A stretch of DNA of 64,000 nt from a virus. The notes under the pieces were generated by a model, which was not told where the DNA came from, searched no databases, and was given only the letters and a program-made list of their open reading frames with translations. The DNA lies in IMG/VR virus record IMGVR_UViG_3300048582_000136, positions 9,893 through 73,892 of that record. One strand, given 5' to 3'. Shown here in pieces: positions 56,380-64,000 of this stretch. How positions within the stretch are numbered: position 1 is the first letter of the stretch; every line of letters starts with the position of its first letter. Position numbers and translations under genes: made by a program.

Positions 56380-56606
56380 TGGCCCTTTTCACCATCTACG
56401 TCACCAGGGACGCAAGCGTCACCTACAAGACACAAGTCGAGGCACACAGCCTCGACCAGATTACCAGCCAGATGGGAAAGCACGGCTATGCCGGCGACAT
56501 CATCGGAGACTGGGAACAGGCTGAAGTTTCCACCTACGACAACGTCGAACGCTACGTCGTGGAGGACTCGGCCGGAAACGAAATCTTCAAACAAGATCGG
56601 AGCTGA
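56379..56606 (+). CDS. small acidic protein
   Basis: Packed ORF. Confidence 0.7.
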   Translation: MALFTIYVTRDASVTYKTQVEAHSLDQITSQMGKHGYAGDIIGDWEQAEVSTYDNVERYVVEDSAGNEIFKQDRS

Positions 56607-56608
56607 TC

Positions 56609-56983
56609 ATGAACACCTTCACCGCACAGGAACTCTTCGACAAGGCCTACCTGGGTATCATCGCCCAGGGAAGGCCTGCCATGACCGATACCAAAGGCTG
56701 CGCCTATCGCACGACAGACGGCCTCAAATGTGCTGTCGGCTTCATCATCGATGATGAGACAGCCAGGATCTGGGACAAGTTTGGGTCGATAGAAGACGTC
56801 CAAGAGGGTCTTCTTTCTCTTGAAGAAAGGCTCCCCGAATGGGCTGAAACCCATTTCGACATGCTTGTCGAGATGCAGACCATCCACGATTACTGCTCCT
56901 ATGTGGAGCAAGAATTCATCTCTTACTACAAATACGAGATGAGTAAGGTCGCTGAAAAGTATGGCCTCAAGGTGCCTACCTGA
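56609..56983 (+). CDS. hypothetical protein
   Basis: QG.PA...CAYR..DG.KCAVG..I...Q.IHD phage motif. Confidence 0.75.
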   Translation: MNTFTAQELFDKAYLGIIAQGRPAMTDTKGCAYRTTDGLKCAVGFIIDDETARIWDKFGSIEDVQEGLLSLEERLPEWAETHFDMLVEMQTIHDYCSYVEQEFISYYKYEMSKVAEKYGLKVPT

Positions 56984-56984
56984 C

Positions 56985-57368
56985 ATGCCTCTGCTCTACC
57001 AGCAATACATCTTCCGATCGGATCTCCAAAGGAACCGATCGGTCACTTACGTCTTCGGAGACAACGTCGAGAGAAAAGGCTACGGAGGCCAAGCCAAGCA
57101 CATGCGAGGCGAGCCCAATGCCATTGGTGTGGTGACCAAATGGAAACCCACCATGGAACCGGATGCCTTCTTCTCGGACACCTCCTTCGCAACAGCCATC
57201 GAGATCATGCAAGTGGATCTCGCCCAGATCCACAAGCGTCTTCAACAGAAGCAGATAGTCATCTGGCCTCTCGATGGCATCGGCACCGGGCTCAGCATGC
57301 TTCCCATCAAAGCCCCCAGGATCTGGGCGGAACTTGAAGCTGCTCGGAGCCATTTCGAAACCCTCTGA
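56985..57368 (+). CDS. Macro-like domain protein
   Basis: YVFGDN...GYGGQA...NAIG..TK...P.DGIGTGL. Confidence 0.65.
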   Translation: MPLLYQQYIFRSDLQRNRSVTYVFGDNVERKGYGGQAKHMRGEPNAIGVVTKWKPTMEPDAFFSDTSFATAIEIMQVDLAQIHKRLQQKQIVIWPLDGIGTGLSMLPIKAPRIWAELEAARSHFETL

Positions 57369-57384
57369 ACCAAGGAGCCACAGC

Positions 57385-57588
57385 ATGTGGACATTCATCT
57401 GGAAACCGGATGACCGCGGATACGTCCGGTCAGACGCCCATTTCAATTGGGAAAGTGCTTTGAAACAATTCAAGCGCTTTTCCCTGGGAGATCTCCCCGA
57501 TCACATCTTCTACCGTGATCCTATCACTGAAGAAGTTGAGGAAGTCACCATCCTCAGCTTCATCGCCAAGGTCATCGCACACCCCTGA
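57385..57588 (+). CDS. hypothetical protein
   Basis: AAGGAG SD before ATG 57385. Confidence 0.7.
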   Translation: MWTFIWKPDDRGYVRSDAHFNWESALKQFKRFSLGDLPDHIFYRDPITEEVEEVTILSFIAKVIAHP

Positions 57589-57604
57589 ACCAAGGAGAAA
57601 CCCC

Positions 57605-57811
57605 ATGGCTTTCGTCTACTACCAGAAGGATTCCTATGGCCGGTGGGGTTTCCACCTTTCGGCCGAGCGTCCTGAAACCCGCACTGCTGAAGGTGTTCGG
57701 CGTCCAATCTCACAGGTCACAGAGCTCCCACCGGAGCATGTAAAGCTGACCTTCAACCAGCTCAGAGAGATCTATCCCCTGATCTCGATGAGCCAGATGA
57801 TCCCGAGATAA
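57605..57811 (+). CDS. hypothetical protein
   Basis: AAGGAG SD before ATG 57605. Confidence 0.7.
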   Translation: MAFVYYQKDSYGRWGFHLSAERPETRTAEGVRRPISQVTELPPEHVKLTFNQLREIYPLISMSQMIPR

Positions 57812-57813
57812 TC

Positions 57814-57990
57814 ATGAAGAAATTGGAAATCGAGCGCATGCAGCGTCTCGAAGAAATGGAGCTCCGTCAACGTGAGGAGATCCGTCAACTCAAGGATCGC
57901 CTCGAGCAATCCATCCAGGCAAACATCAAGCTCATTGGAGCCAACGAAGCCCTAACAGAACTCATCGTTCGTCTCAAGAAAGGAGACTGA
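57814..57990 (+). CDS. small coiled-coil protein
   Basis: MKKLEIERMQRLEEMELRQREEIRQLKDRLE...; packed. Confidence 0.6.
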   Translation: MKKLEIERMQRLEEMELRQREEIRQLKDRLEQSIQANIKLIGANEALTELIVRLKKGD

Positions 57991-57991
57991 A

Positions 57992-58183
57992 ATGCTCAAG
58001 CTCACCTTCGTCAACTACGATGCCGTCGATGGCATGACTGAAATCGAATGCGATCGTGTCTCTGTCATCCCAATCATGACCTGGTATGGTGGCTACCATG
58101 CCGGCGACAACTATGAGGTCATAATCGACGGAGAGAAGATCCTTACGGATCACAACGGCCTCCCTCTCAACTGGGAGGAGTGA
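57992..58183 (+). CDS. hypothetical protein
   Basis: AAGGAG SD. Confidence 0.7.
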   Translation: MLKLTFVNYDAVDGMTEIECDRVSVIPIMTWYGGYHAGDNYEVIIDGEKILTDHNGLPLNWEE

Positions 58184-58187
58184 TCTC

Positions 58188-58454
58188 ATGAAGTCTTACA
58201 CCATGACAGTGGCAGCCACCGTCAGCTGCTATGGCACCATCCAGATAGATGCCGAGAATGACGAAGATGCTTTGGCCCAGATCAAGGCCAAGGTGGAGGA
58301 AGACACCCTTTGGGACACGCTCAAACCCGAGTGGGAATCCACCGATGATCACCGGATCGTTGCCATGGATGAAGACATCACCAACAGGTATCTGATCGAA
58401 GACGTCCACTTCGACAGCCCCGAATGGAACAAACTCTTCGGGGAGAAAACCTGA
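58188..58454 (+). CDS. small acidic protein
   Basis: GGAGGAG SD. Confidence 0.72.
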   Translation: MKSYTMTVAATVSCYGTIQIDAENDEDALAQIKAKVEEDTLWDTLKPEWESTDDHRIVAMDEDITNRYLIEDVHFDSPEWNKLFGEKT

Positions 58455-58456
58455 TC

Positions 58457-58690
58457 ATGCACCAGGCCTGCAAAGAGACCCTCTACAAACTGGGATGGTA
58501 TCAGCTCAAACCACCTGCCGTGACCACAGGCGGATGGACTGACAAGGACTGGATAAACCACATCTCAGCCTGCAACGGCTGGCTCCCCAACGGGGGCCGC
58601 AAACCCCACTTCATGCCAGCATGGCTGCGAAAGAAAGGCGTTCGCCTTGTCGATCCCCGCTTCTACGACGCCGGCACCATCCTCAACTAG
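58457..58690 (+). CDS. hypothetical protein
   Basis: Packed ORF, Trp-rich. Confidence 0.65.
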   Translation: MHQACKETLYKLGWYQLKPPAVTTGGWTDKDWINHISACNGWLPNGGRKPHFMPAWLRKKGVRLVDPRFYDAGTILN

Positions 58691-58699
58691 GAGCCACAT

Positions 58700-59521
58700 A
58701 TGGACCTCGCAAACCAACTGGAGCTCGAGCAGCTCTACAACAAGAACCAGCTCCTGCCCCGCATGCGGAAGGAGTTCATGGACGAACAGCTCCTCAAGGT
58801 CTGTGTCGACCAGGAGATCCCCTATCCCTTCGCCCTAGATCTCCTCGCCCAGATAGCCCTGCATCGCAGGGCGAACGTGGAGACCATGGTCGGGCTTTTG
58901 GCCTACCACTTCAAGGATCAGGCTGATCCCTATCAGGCCTGTGCCGACATGCTCTGGAAATGTGTGCAGCTCGATTTCCTCGACTGGCACATCATGGCCG
59001 AGCAATTCGTGGTGCGCTACGACGTCAGCGAAGAAGCCAAGGTGGAGCTGGAGCGTTTCCAGTATCCACTACCCTTCGTCGTTCCACCCATGCACCTCAA
59101 GAAGAACATCCAAACCGGCTACTACGCCGAGATGGGGAGTTCGGTGATCCTGAAACAGAGTGCTCCCGACAACGATGTCTGTCTGGAGCACCTCAACCGG
59201 CTCAACCGGATGAAGCTCCGGATCAACAGCGACACTGCCAGGATGGTAAAGAACCAGTGGAAGAAGCTCGATCGGCCGAAGACCGGCGAGACCCAGGAAG
59301 ACTACGAGAGGCGCCTCAAGGCCTTCGAGAAGTATGATCGGGTCAGCCGAGACGTCATGGAAGCCATCTGCATGACGGACGACAAGGCAGGCTTCTGGCT
59401 CACCCACCGCTACGACAAGCGGGGGAGAACCTATGCTCAAGGTCACCACGTCCAGTATCAGGGCACACCCTGGAACAAGGCCGTAGTCGAGTTCTACCAC
59501 AAGGAGCTCGTTCAGTCATGA
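58700..59521 (+). CDS. RNA polymerase II subunit 1 (N4 gp15, RNAP1)
   Basis: Q.ELE.LYNKNQLLPR, QYPLP and LTHRYDKRGRTYAQG motifs. Confidence 0.93.
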   Translation: MDLANQLELEQLYNKNQLLPRMRKEFMDEQLLKVCVDQEIPYPFALDLLAQIALHRRANVETMVGLLAYHFKDQADPYQACADMLWKCVQLDFLDWHIMAEQFVVRYDVSEEAKVELERFQYPLPFVVPPMHLKKNIQTGYYAEMGSSVILKQSAPDNDVCLEHLNRLNRMKLRINSDTARMVKNQWKKLDRPKTGETQEDYERRLKAFEKYDRVSRDVMEAICMTDDKAGFWLTHRYDKRGRTYAQGHHVQYQGTPWNKAVVEFYHKELVQS

Positions 59522-59679
59522 GTGTCAACTATGACAAATACAAAGCGATGAGCCAAGAGCAACTGCAAAAGGCCATCAACGAAAGAACAGTGACCCTGGC
59601 CTACCTCAACTGGCTGGGGATCACTGGCCCAGGAAAACAGCTTCAAGAGATCGCCCAAACCCAAGGAGTGAACCAATGA
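59518..59679 (+). CDS. hypothetical protein
   Basis: ATGA overlap with the RNAP1 stop. Confidence 0.55.
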   Translation: MSVNYDKYKAMSQEQLQKAINERTVTLAYLNWLGITGPGKQLQEIAQTQGVNQ

Positions 59680-59954
59680 CCACGAATCCCCAAAAGCTTT
59701 GGAAACTCACCCGCACAGAATACGAAGGTCAATGCACGGGCTTCAGTAGATAAATCATCTGGCTTGCTGTCTTTACCAAGAAACCAGATCTGAAGACCCT
59801 GGCCCCATACATCGGCAAGTTCCTGTCTGATGATATGGGCGAAGCTATCGCACAGGTCCAGAACCTGATCGACAAAGGAGCCGTCGAGCTACAGGGTTAC
59901 GACTTCGAACTCGACCACTTTGAAACCGACACCCCACTTCATAAGGATGAATGA
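59676..59954 (+). pseudogene. hypothetical gene with an internal in-frame TAA (59751-59753)
   Basis: AAGGAG SD and ATGA overlaps at both ends; the frame continues 66 codons past the TAA. Confidence 0.65.
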
Positions 59955-60142
59955 CAATGCCCAAATACACCGTCTACGGCCAAGAGGTCATTCACTACCG
60001 AGCCGAGGTTTCTGCCAAGAACCTCGATGCTCTCTACGAGAAACTATCTGCCATGAACGACGAGGAGATCGGCTACGTCGAGTATGACGGATCTCCTGTC
60101 GAAGTCACCTCAGTCGAGCTTGATGGGGAGAAGGTGGCATGA
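59951..60142 (+). CDS. small acidic protein
   Basis: Packed ORF. Confidence 0.7.
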   Translation: MTMPKYTVYGQEVIHYRAEVSAKNLDALYEKLSAMNDEEIGYVEYDGSPVEVTSVELDGEKVA

Positions 60143-60360
60143 GCTATGTTCTCAACTCAAATAAACGAGCTAACTTCTTCGGGCTCGGATCCCAACTCAA
60201 TCCTCAACTAGGAGCTCTGTTCCAGAACCCTATGATCCTAACAGAAGAGATCCTCAATGAGGAAATCAAGACAGCCATGTTGCTCAGTGACCAAGAGACC
60301 GCTCGCTACGAGCGTTACATTGGCAACCTGCAAGAGCTTAAATTCAGCCTCTTCGGATGA
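60139..60360 (+). CDS. hypothetical protein
   Basis: ATGA overlap. Confidence 0.6.
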   Translation: MSYVLNSNKRANFFGLGSQLNPQLGALFQNPMILTEEILNEEIKTAMLLSDQETARYERYIGNLQELKFSLFG

Positions 60361-60629
60361 AAAAGCCTGTCCCTAGAAAGCCTCAGAAGCCAACGAGAGA
60401 GGTCAAGCACCGGGTCACCAATCCCAGGGCTGCCTTCGCGCTTCAGGCTGACATGATCACCGAACAAGAATACGAGGCGATCCTTACCAGGAACGCCTCG
60501 CTCGAACAGGGAACCAAAGAGATCATGAATCTCAATGCTCCCCTTCCCAACTTCCCGACCGGCACCAAGCAGACGCTTTATGCCGGCCGGGGAACCATCG
60601 TCACCGCGAGGAACTTCCTCGAACTCTAA
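60357..60629 (+). CDS. hypothetical protein
   Basis: ATGA overlap. Confidence 0.6.
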   Translation: MKKPVPRKPQKPTREVKHRVTNPRAAFALQADMITEQEYEAILTRNASLEQGTKEIMNLNAPLPNFPTGTKQTLYAGRGTIVTARNFLEL

Positions 60630-60656
60630 CTCCCCTTCCATTGAAAGGACTCCCTC

Positions 60657-61874
60657 ATGCAGACCTTCACGGGCCTGGATTACCTCCGCATGGACATCGC
60701 TTCGAACTTCGGGCTCGACAAGCTCGACTGGGACAAGCGCCTGGAATGGACTACCCAGCACGAAGGTTGCCTTGAGGACATGCTCCCCAAGGCTGAGACC
60801 CCTGCCCTCTACTACGCCGCTGTGCAGGCCTACCGTGCCACCCAGCGTGGTGAGCCCACAGGCTATCCCATCAGCCTTGATGCTGCCTCTTCGGGGCTGC
60901 AGCTCCTGGCTGTTCTGATCGGCTGTGAAGCCTCTGCCAAGCTCTGTGGCGTGGTCTCCACCGGTCACCGGGAAGATGCCTACACGGTCATCTATCAGGC
61001 CATGTGTGGAAAGCTGAACCAGGAAGATGACACCATCGCAGGCGGCATCACTCGTGCCGACTGCAAGCAGGCAATCATGACGGCGCTCTATGGCTCTACC
61101 GCGGTCCCCAAGCGGGTCTTCGGTGAAACCGAACAGCTCGCTGTCTTCTTCAAGACCATGGAGTCTCTGGCTCCAGGCGCTTGGGATCTGAACCAGGCGT
61201 TGCAGGCTCTCTGGCAGCCTGGTGCCCTCTCCCATGACTGGGTGCTTCCAGACAACTTCCACGTCCATGTTCCTGTCATGACGGCTGTCACCAAGACCGT
61301 TCAGTTCCAGAACAAACCGGTCAAGGTGACAGTCAAGGAGAACCTTGGAACCAAGGAAGGCAGAAGCCTTGGCCCGAACATCGTTCACTCTATCGACGGG
61401 ATGATCGTGCGCGAGATCCATGCTCGCTGCGACTACGACAAGGACATGGTGGAAAAGGTTTATGCCATGCTCCTGGCTGGACCCAAGGGCAAACAGTGCT
61501 TCATGGTCGAAGAACGTGATCACCTGGTCAAGAAACTCTGGGATCACTATCTGGCTTCGGGCTTTCTCTCTGCTCGAATCCTTTCCTACCTAAGCCCCCA
61601 AAACCTTCACCTGGTCGACAAGAGCAAGATCGTCGATCTGGTCTGCAGCCTGCCAGAGCTGCCGTTCAAGGTTATGTCGATCCATGACTGCTTCCGAGTG
61701 CACCCGAACTACGGCAACGACATTCGGCGCCAATACAACCAGGTGCTCTCGGAAATCGCTGGCTCGAACCTCTTGAGCTACATCGCTTCACAGATCGTGG
61801 GCTACACTCTGCCGGCCAACAAGCTGGGAGACATCTCGGCCAAGATCCTCGAGGCGGACTACGCTCTCTGCTGA
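60657..61874 (+). CDS. RNA polymerase II subunit 2 (N4 gp16, RNAP2)
   Basis: DAASSGLQ (motif A), R.DCKQAIMTALYG (motif B), NIVHSIDG and IHDCF (motif C). Confidence 0.96.
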   Translation: MQTFTGLDYLRMDIASNFGLDKLDWDKRLEWTTQHEGCLEDMLPKAETPALYYAAVQAYRATQRGEPTGYPISLDAASSGLQLLAVLIGCEASAKLCGVVSTGHREDAYTVIYQAMCGKLNQEDDTIAGGITRADCKQAIMTALYGSTAVPKRVFGETEQLAVFFKTMESLAPGAWDLNQALQALWQPGALSHDWVLPDNFHVHVPVMTAVTKTVQFQNKPVKVTVKENLGTKEGRSLGPNIVHSIDGMIVREIHARCDYDKDMVEKVYAMLLAGPKGKQCFMVEERDHLVKKLWDHYLASGFLSARILSYLSPQNLHLVDKSKIVDLVCSLPELPFKVMSIHDCFRVHPNYGNDIRRQYNQVLSEIAGSNLLSYIASQIVGYTLPANKLGDISAKILEADYALC

Positions 61875-61877
61875 ACC

Positions 61878-61915
61878 AATCCCCTCGGACCTTAGGGTCC
61901 GGGGGGTTATTTTTT
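61878..61915 (+). terminator. rho-independent terminator after RNAP2
   Basis: CCCCTCGGACC-TTAG-GGTCCGGGGGG-TTATTTTTT. Confidence 0.85.
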
Positions 61916-62087
61916 CAGCATCTCTCTGGCTCTCTCTCCTTATCTATACCTCTCGTCTCTCTCATCTCTCTAAGAGATGAAAGGGGATTTTCGTGTGAAG
62001 ATCAGAGCCGTTTCGGGAAGGACAGATCTAGCCAAGATCAATCCGATGTGCAAGAAAGATTTTCACGAAGCACCACAAGGATAGACC

Positions 62088-62273
62088 ATGATCAGGTTCT
62101 ACTACGTCGACCGAGTCACGAAGCAAATTTTCGTCTTCGATAGAAAACCAGAATCTACCAAATTCGAATACCTTGGCGAATCCAATCACCCGAACAGCCG
62201 AGCCCAGGCCGGAATGTTCCTTCGCAACGAGTCTGGCTACCAGATCATCCACAACCCGGTCGATCCCTCATAG
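62088..62273 (+). CDS. hypothetical protein
   Basis: AAGGA SD. Confidence 0.7.
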   Translation: MIRFYYVDRVTKQIFVFDRKPESTKFEYLGESNHPNSRAQAGMFLRNESGYQIIHNPVDPS

Positions 62274-62303
62274 GATCCACCACGGTTGTGGTTTTTTGGT
62301 TTT

Positions 62304-62527
62304 CCGAAGATCAAGCGGATCACGCCTTGCTTTTTGTCTTGATCTTTGGTTCCACATCACGACACGATTCGCGGTAGATGTACCGCAAAACGAGCCGGCG
62401 TCATCCGGCATTGCCTATAGGCCAAAAGCCGATAGATCAGACTCTGGGGAGCGGTTCCGAAGGTTTCAGCGAGCACAACCCAGTGGGTTGTTTTGTCTGT
62501 CGCGTCCCGCTCTTGCCGGAGCGGGAC
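62304..62527 (+). ncRNA. candidate structured non-coding element
   Basis: At least six hairpins/stems in about 220 nt of non-coding DNA. Confidence 0.45.
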
Positions 62528-62555
62528 ACACACCCCAACCAAAGAGTCCCCATAC

Positions 62556-62738
62556 ATGAAAGCAATTCTCATCATCGTCATCACCACTGCTGGTGGCAGT
62601 GTCACCAGCGAGCAGATCGAGTTTCCCAGCGTGGAAACCTGCACGCAGGCGATCGGCCGTCAAACCGGCTTTGAAGAGATCTATCCTGCCGTCCAGGAGT
62701 TCTGTGTTCTTGTTCCTAAGGAGATCCACAATGATTGA
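62556..62738 (+). CDS. small exported-type protein
   Basis: MKAILIIVITT...EFPSVETC.QA...FCV. Confidence 0.6.
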   Translation: MKAILIIVITTAGGSVTSEQIEFPSVETCTQAIGRQTGFEEIYPAVQEFCVLVPKEIHND

Positions 62739-62828
62739 CCTACTGCAAACCATCGACACCGGTCTTCAGATCGGCTTCTTTTTGGCAGCCATTCTTCTCC
62801 CCATCCTTCTTGTTTTTCGGTGGTTCCA

Positions 62829-63248
62829 ATGACTAACCAACCTGACATCAGCCCCGAGGGCGTGGCGAAGATGCTGGACGGCCTCGAAAACGGCGGCTGG
62901 TATGGCGAAGATCGCTTTAACTCTTGGACGCGGGAAGCCGTGCCAGCCCTCGCCGCCCGGCTGGCAGAGGTGGAGGCGGAAGCAGGCAAGATGCTTGCCG
63001 AAGCTGATAGCGAATACAATCGCAAGACCAATGCCATGATTGCCCGTCATGCTAAAGCTCTCGGTGCGCTAAAACACCGCGCCGAAACCGCAGAGGCTGC
63101 GCTGGCACAAGTCGCCGCCCTTGACGACAATGCGGAATGCTGCGGTCACGGCGTAAACGATGGCTGCAACCCGCCCGAGTGCTGCGGATGCCCCGACTAT
63201 GGGCTTGATCGCGCACAGCGCATCGCCCTACAGGAGAAAACGCCATGA
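62829..63248 (+). CDS. modular coiled-coil accessory protein
   Basis: ALAARLAEVEAE module and Cys-rich ECCG...PECCGCP; codon usage differs from the core. Confidence 0.7.
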   Translation: MTNQPDISPEGVAKMLDGLENGGWYGEDRFNSWTREAVPALAARLAEVEAEAGKMLAEADSEYNRKTNAMIARHAKALGALKHRAETAEAALAQVAALDDNAECCGHGVNDGCNPPECCGCPDYGLDRAQRIALQEKTP

Positions 63249-63874
63249 CTGACCCCAACCTCACCGCGCCGGAGGCCATGGCGAAGATACTGAAAAAACT
63301 AAGGATGATGCCAACCTATTCTGGCGATCCCAAAGGTCCGCATTGGCTTCCTGATGTTGCCGCCGACATGCTGGAAGCCCTCGCCGCCCGGCTTGCAGAG
63401 GTGGAGGCGGAACGGGTCAAGCTGAATATGCGGGCCAGCAATGCGGAACGGATGCTGACCGCCGCCGAGGCTGCGCTTGCAGCAACGTGTCAACGCGAAG
63501 CTGCCTCAATCGCCCGGTGGGAGGCCAAACTTGCCGCGTCCGCGGTGTCAATTCCGACAGAGCCTGGAGGGTTCGTTGGCGACGTATGGTTCGGCCATCC
63601 GACAAAACGGACGCTCGGAACGCACAAATGGTCTGGGTCAGAGTGGGTGGAGTTACCTTCTGAGCTTGACAGTGTTTTGCAGCTTTTATCGGAAGCCCGA
63701 CAGAAGCTTGCCGCATCAGAGGCGCGGGTGAAACGGCTGCGGGAGGCGCTGACCCTTGCAGCGAACAGACTGCAACGCGAAGCAGTTAACTATACGCCGA
63801 ACAGCACAGGATTTTTCCAAGTTAGCGAATATGCCGACGACGCCCGCGCCGCCCTTGAGGAGACCAAACCATGA
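63245..63874 (+). CDS. modular coiled-coil accessory protein (paralog)
   Basis: Same ALAARLAEVEAE module; ends ARAALEETKP. Confidence 0.72.
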   Translation: MTDPNLTAPEAMAKILKKLRMMPTYSGDPKGPHWLPDVAADMLEALAARLAEVEAERVKLNMRASNAERMLTAAEAALAATCQREAASIARWEAKLAASAVSIPTEPGGFVGDVWFGHPTKRTLGTHKWSGSEWVELPSELDSVLQLLSEARQKLAASEARVKRLREALTLAANRLQREAVNYTPNSTGFFQVSEYADDARAALEETKP

Positions 63875-64000
63875 CCGCGCCGGATTTCATTTGGGCTTGG
63901 AAGGAAGATCAAGGAGACGTGTGGACAGGTGAATGGGCGCCTGTCGGCGATAAGAATGCTCCATACGAGGCGCAAGAGTTCGTCCGCCGCGACCCCGCCG
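63871..64000 (+). CDS. hypothetical protein, 3'-truncated by the window edge
   Basis: MTAPDFIWAW...EFVRRDP; GAGGAG SD. Confidence 0.6.
   Translation, partial: MTAPDFIWAWKEDQGDVWTGEWAPVGDKNAPYEAQEFVRRDPA

Noticed and set aside
59751-59753. Stop-codon reassignment
   Set aside because: TAA, TAG and TGA all terminate well-defined genes elsewhere; this is a single case.
59522-60656. Intron or split-gene insertion in RNA polymerase
   Set aside because: RNAP1 and RNAP2 are normally separate subunits in N4-like phages, often with small ORFs between them.
1-64000. CRISPR array or integrase/transposase gene
   Set aside because: No regularly spaced repeats and no recombinase or DDE motifs recognised in this window.

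Overview
This window is most of a circularly permuted genome of an N4-like podovirus (Schitoviridae), with no host genes. The host is probably an alphaproteobacterium such as a Rhodobacteraceae member, judged from a Rhodobacter-type H-NS domain, an alpha-type tRNA-Arg fragment and a bL12-like gene. Order: (1) 1-13.9 kb, + strand middle/replication genes: dUTPase, TraR/DksA-like protein, Dda-like helicase, family A DNA polymerase, PD-(D/E)XK nuclease, primase, Sak4-like ATPase, SSB and RuvC-like resolvase. (2) 13.9-48.7 kb, - strand late genes: 3738-aa Cys-free virion RNA polymerase, ejection proteins, capsid, portal, spanins/amidase/holin, three fibre genes, adaptor and terminase. A DUF5664 gene and a metallophosphoesterase gene sit between terS and terL. 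(3) 48.7-50.3 kb, a divergent + strand cassette with a structured ~175-nt leader, an HEXXH protein and a Gp49/Acb4-family protein. (4) 50.4-52.5 kb, an extra fibre and a transglutaminase-like gene. (5) From ~52.7 kb, the probable left genome end, four vRNAP hairpin promoters, early genes, gp2, RNAP1/RNAP2 and modular accessory ORFs. Most notable: (a) a tRNA-Arg 3'-half att site with a perfect IHF box fused to a headless hns gene, suggesting an Int-mediated deletion scar in a temperate N4-like lineage; (b) a double three-way-junction RNA whose loops match a site next to the downstream RBS; (c) C-terminal -AA (ClpXP-type) tails on helicase, polymerase, primase and gp2; (d) an extra zincin domain inserted in the vRNAP. 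All family assignments come from motif recognition, not database searches.
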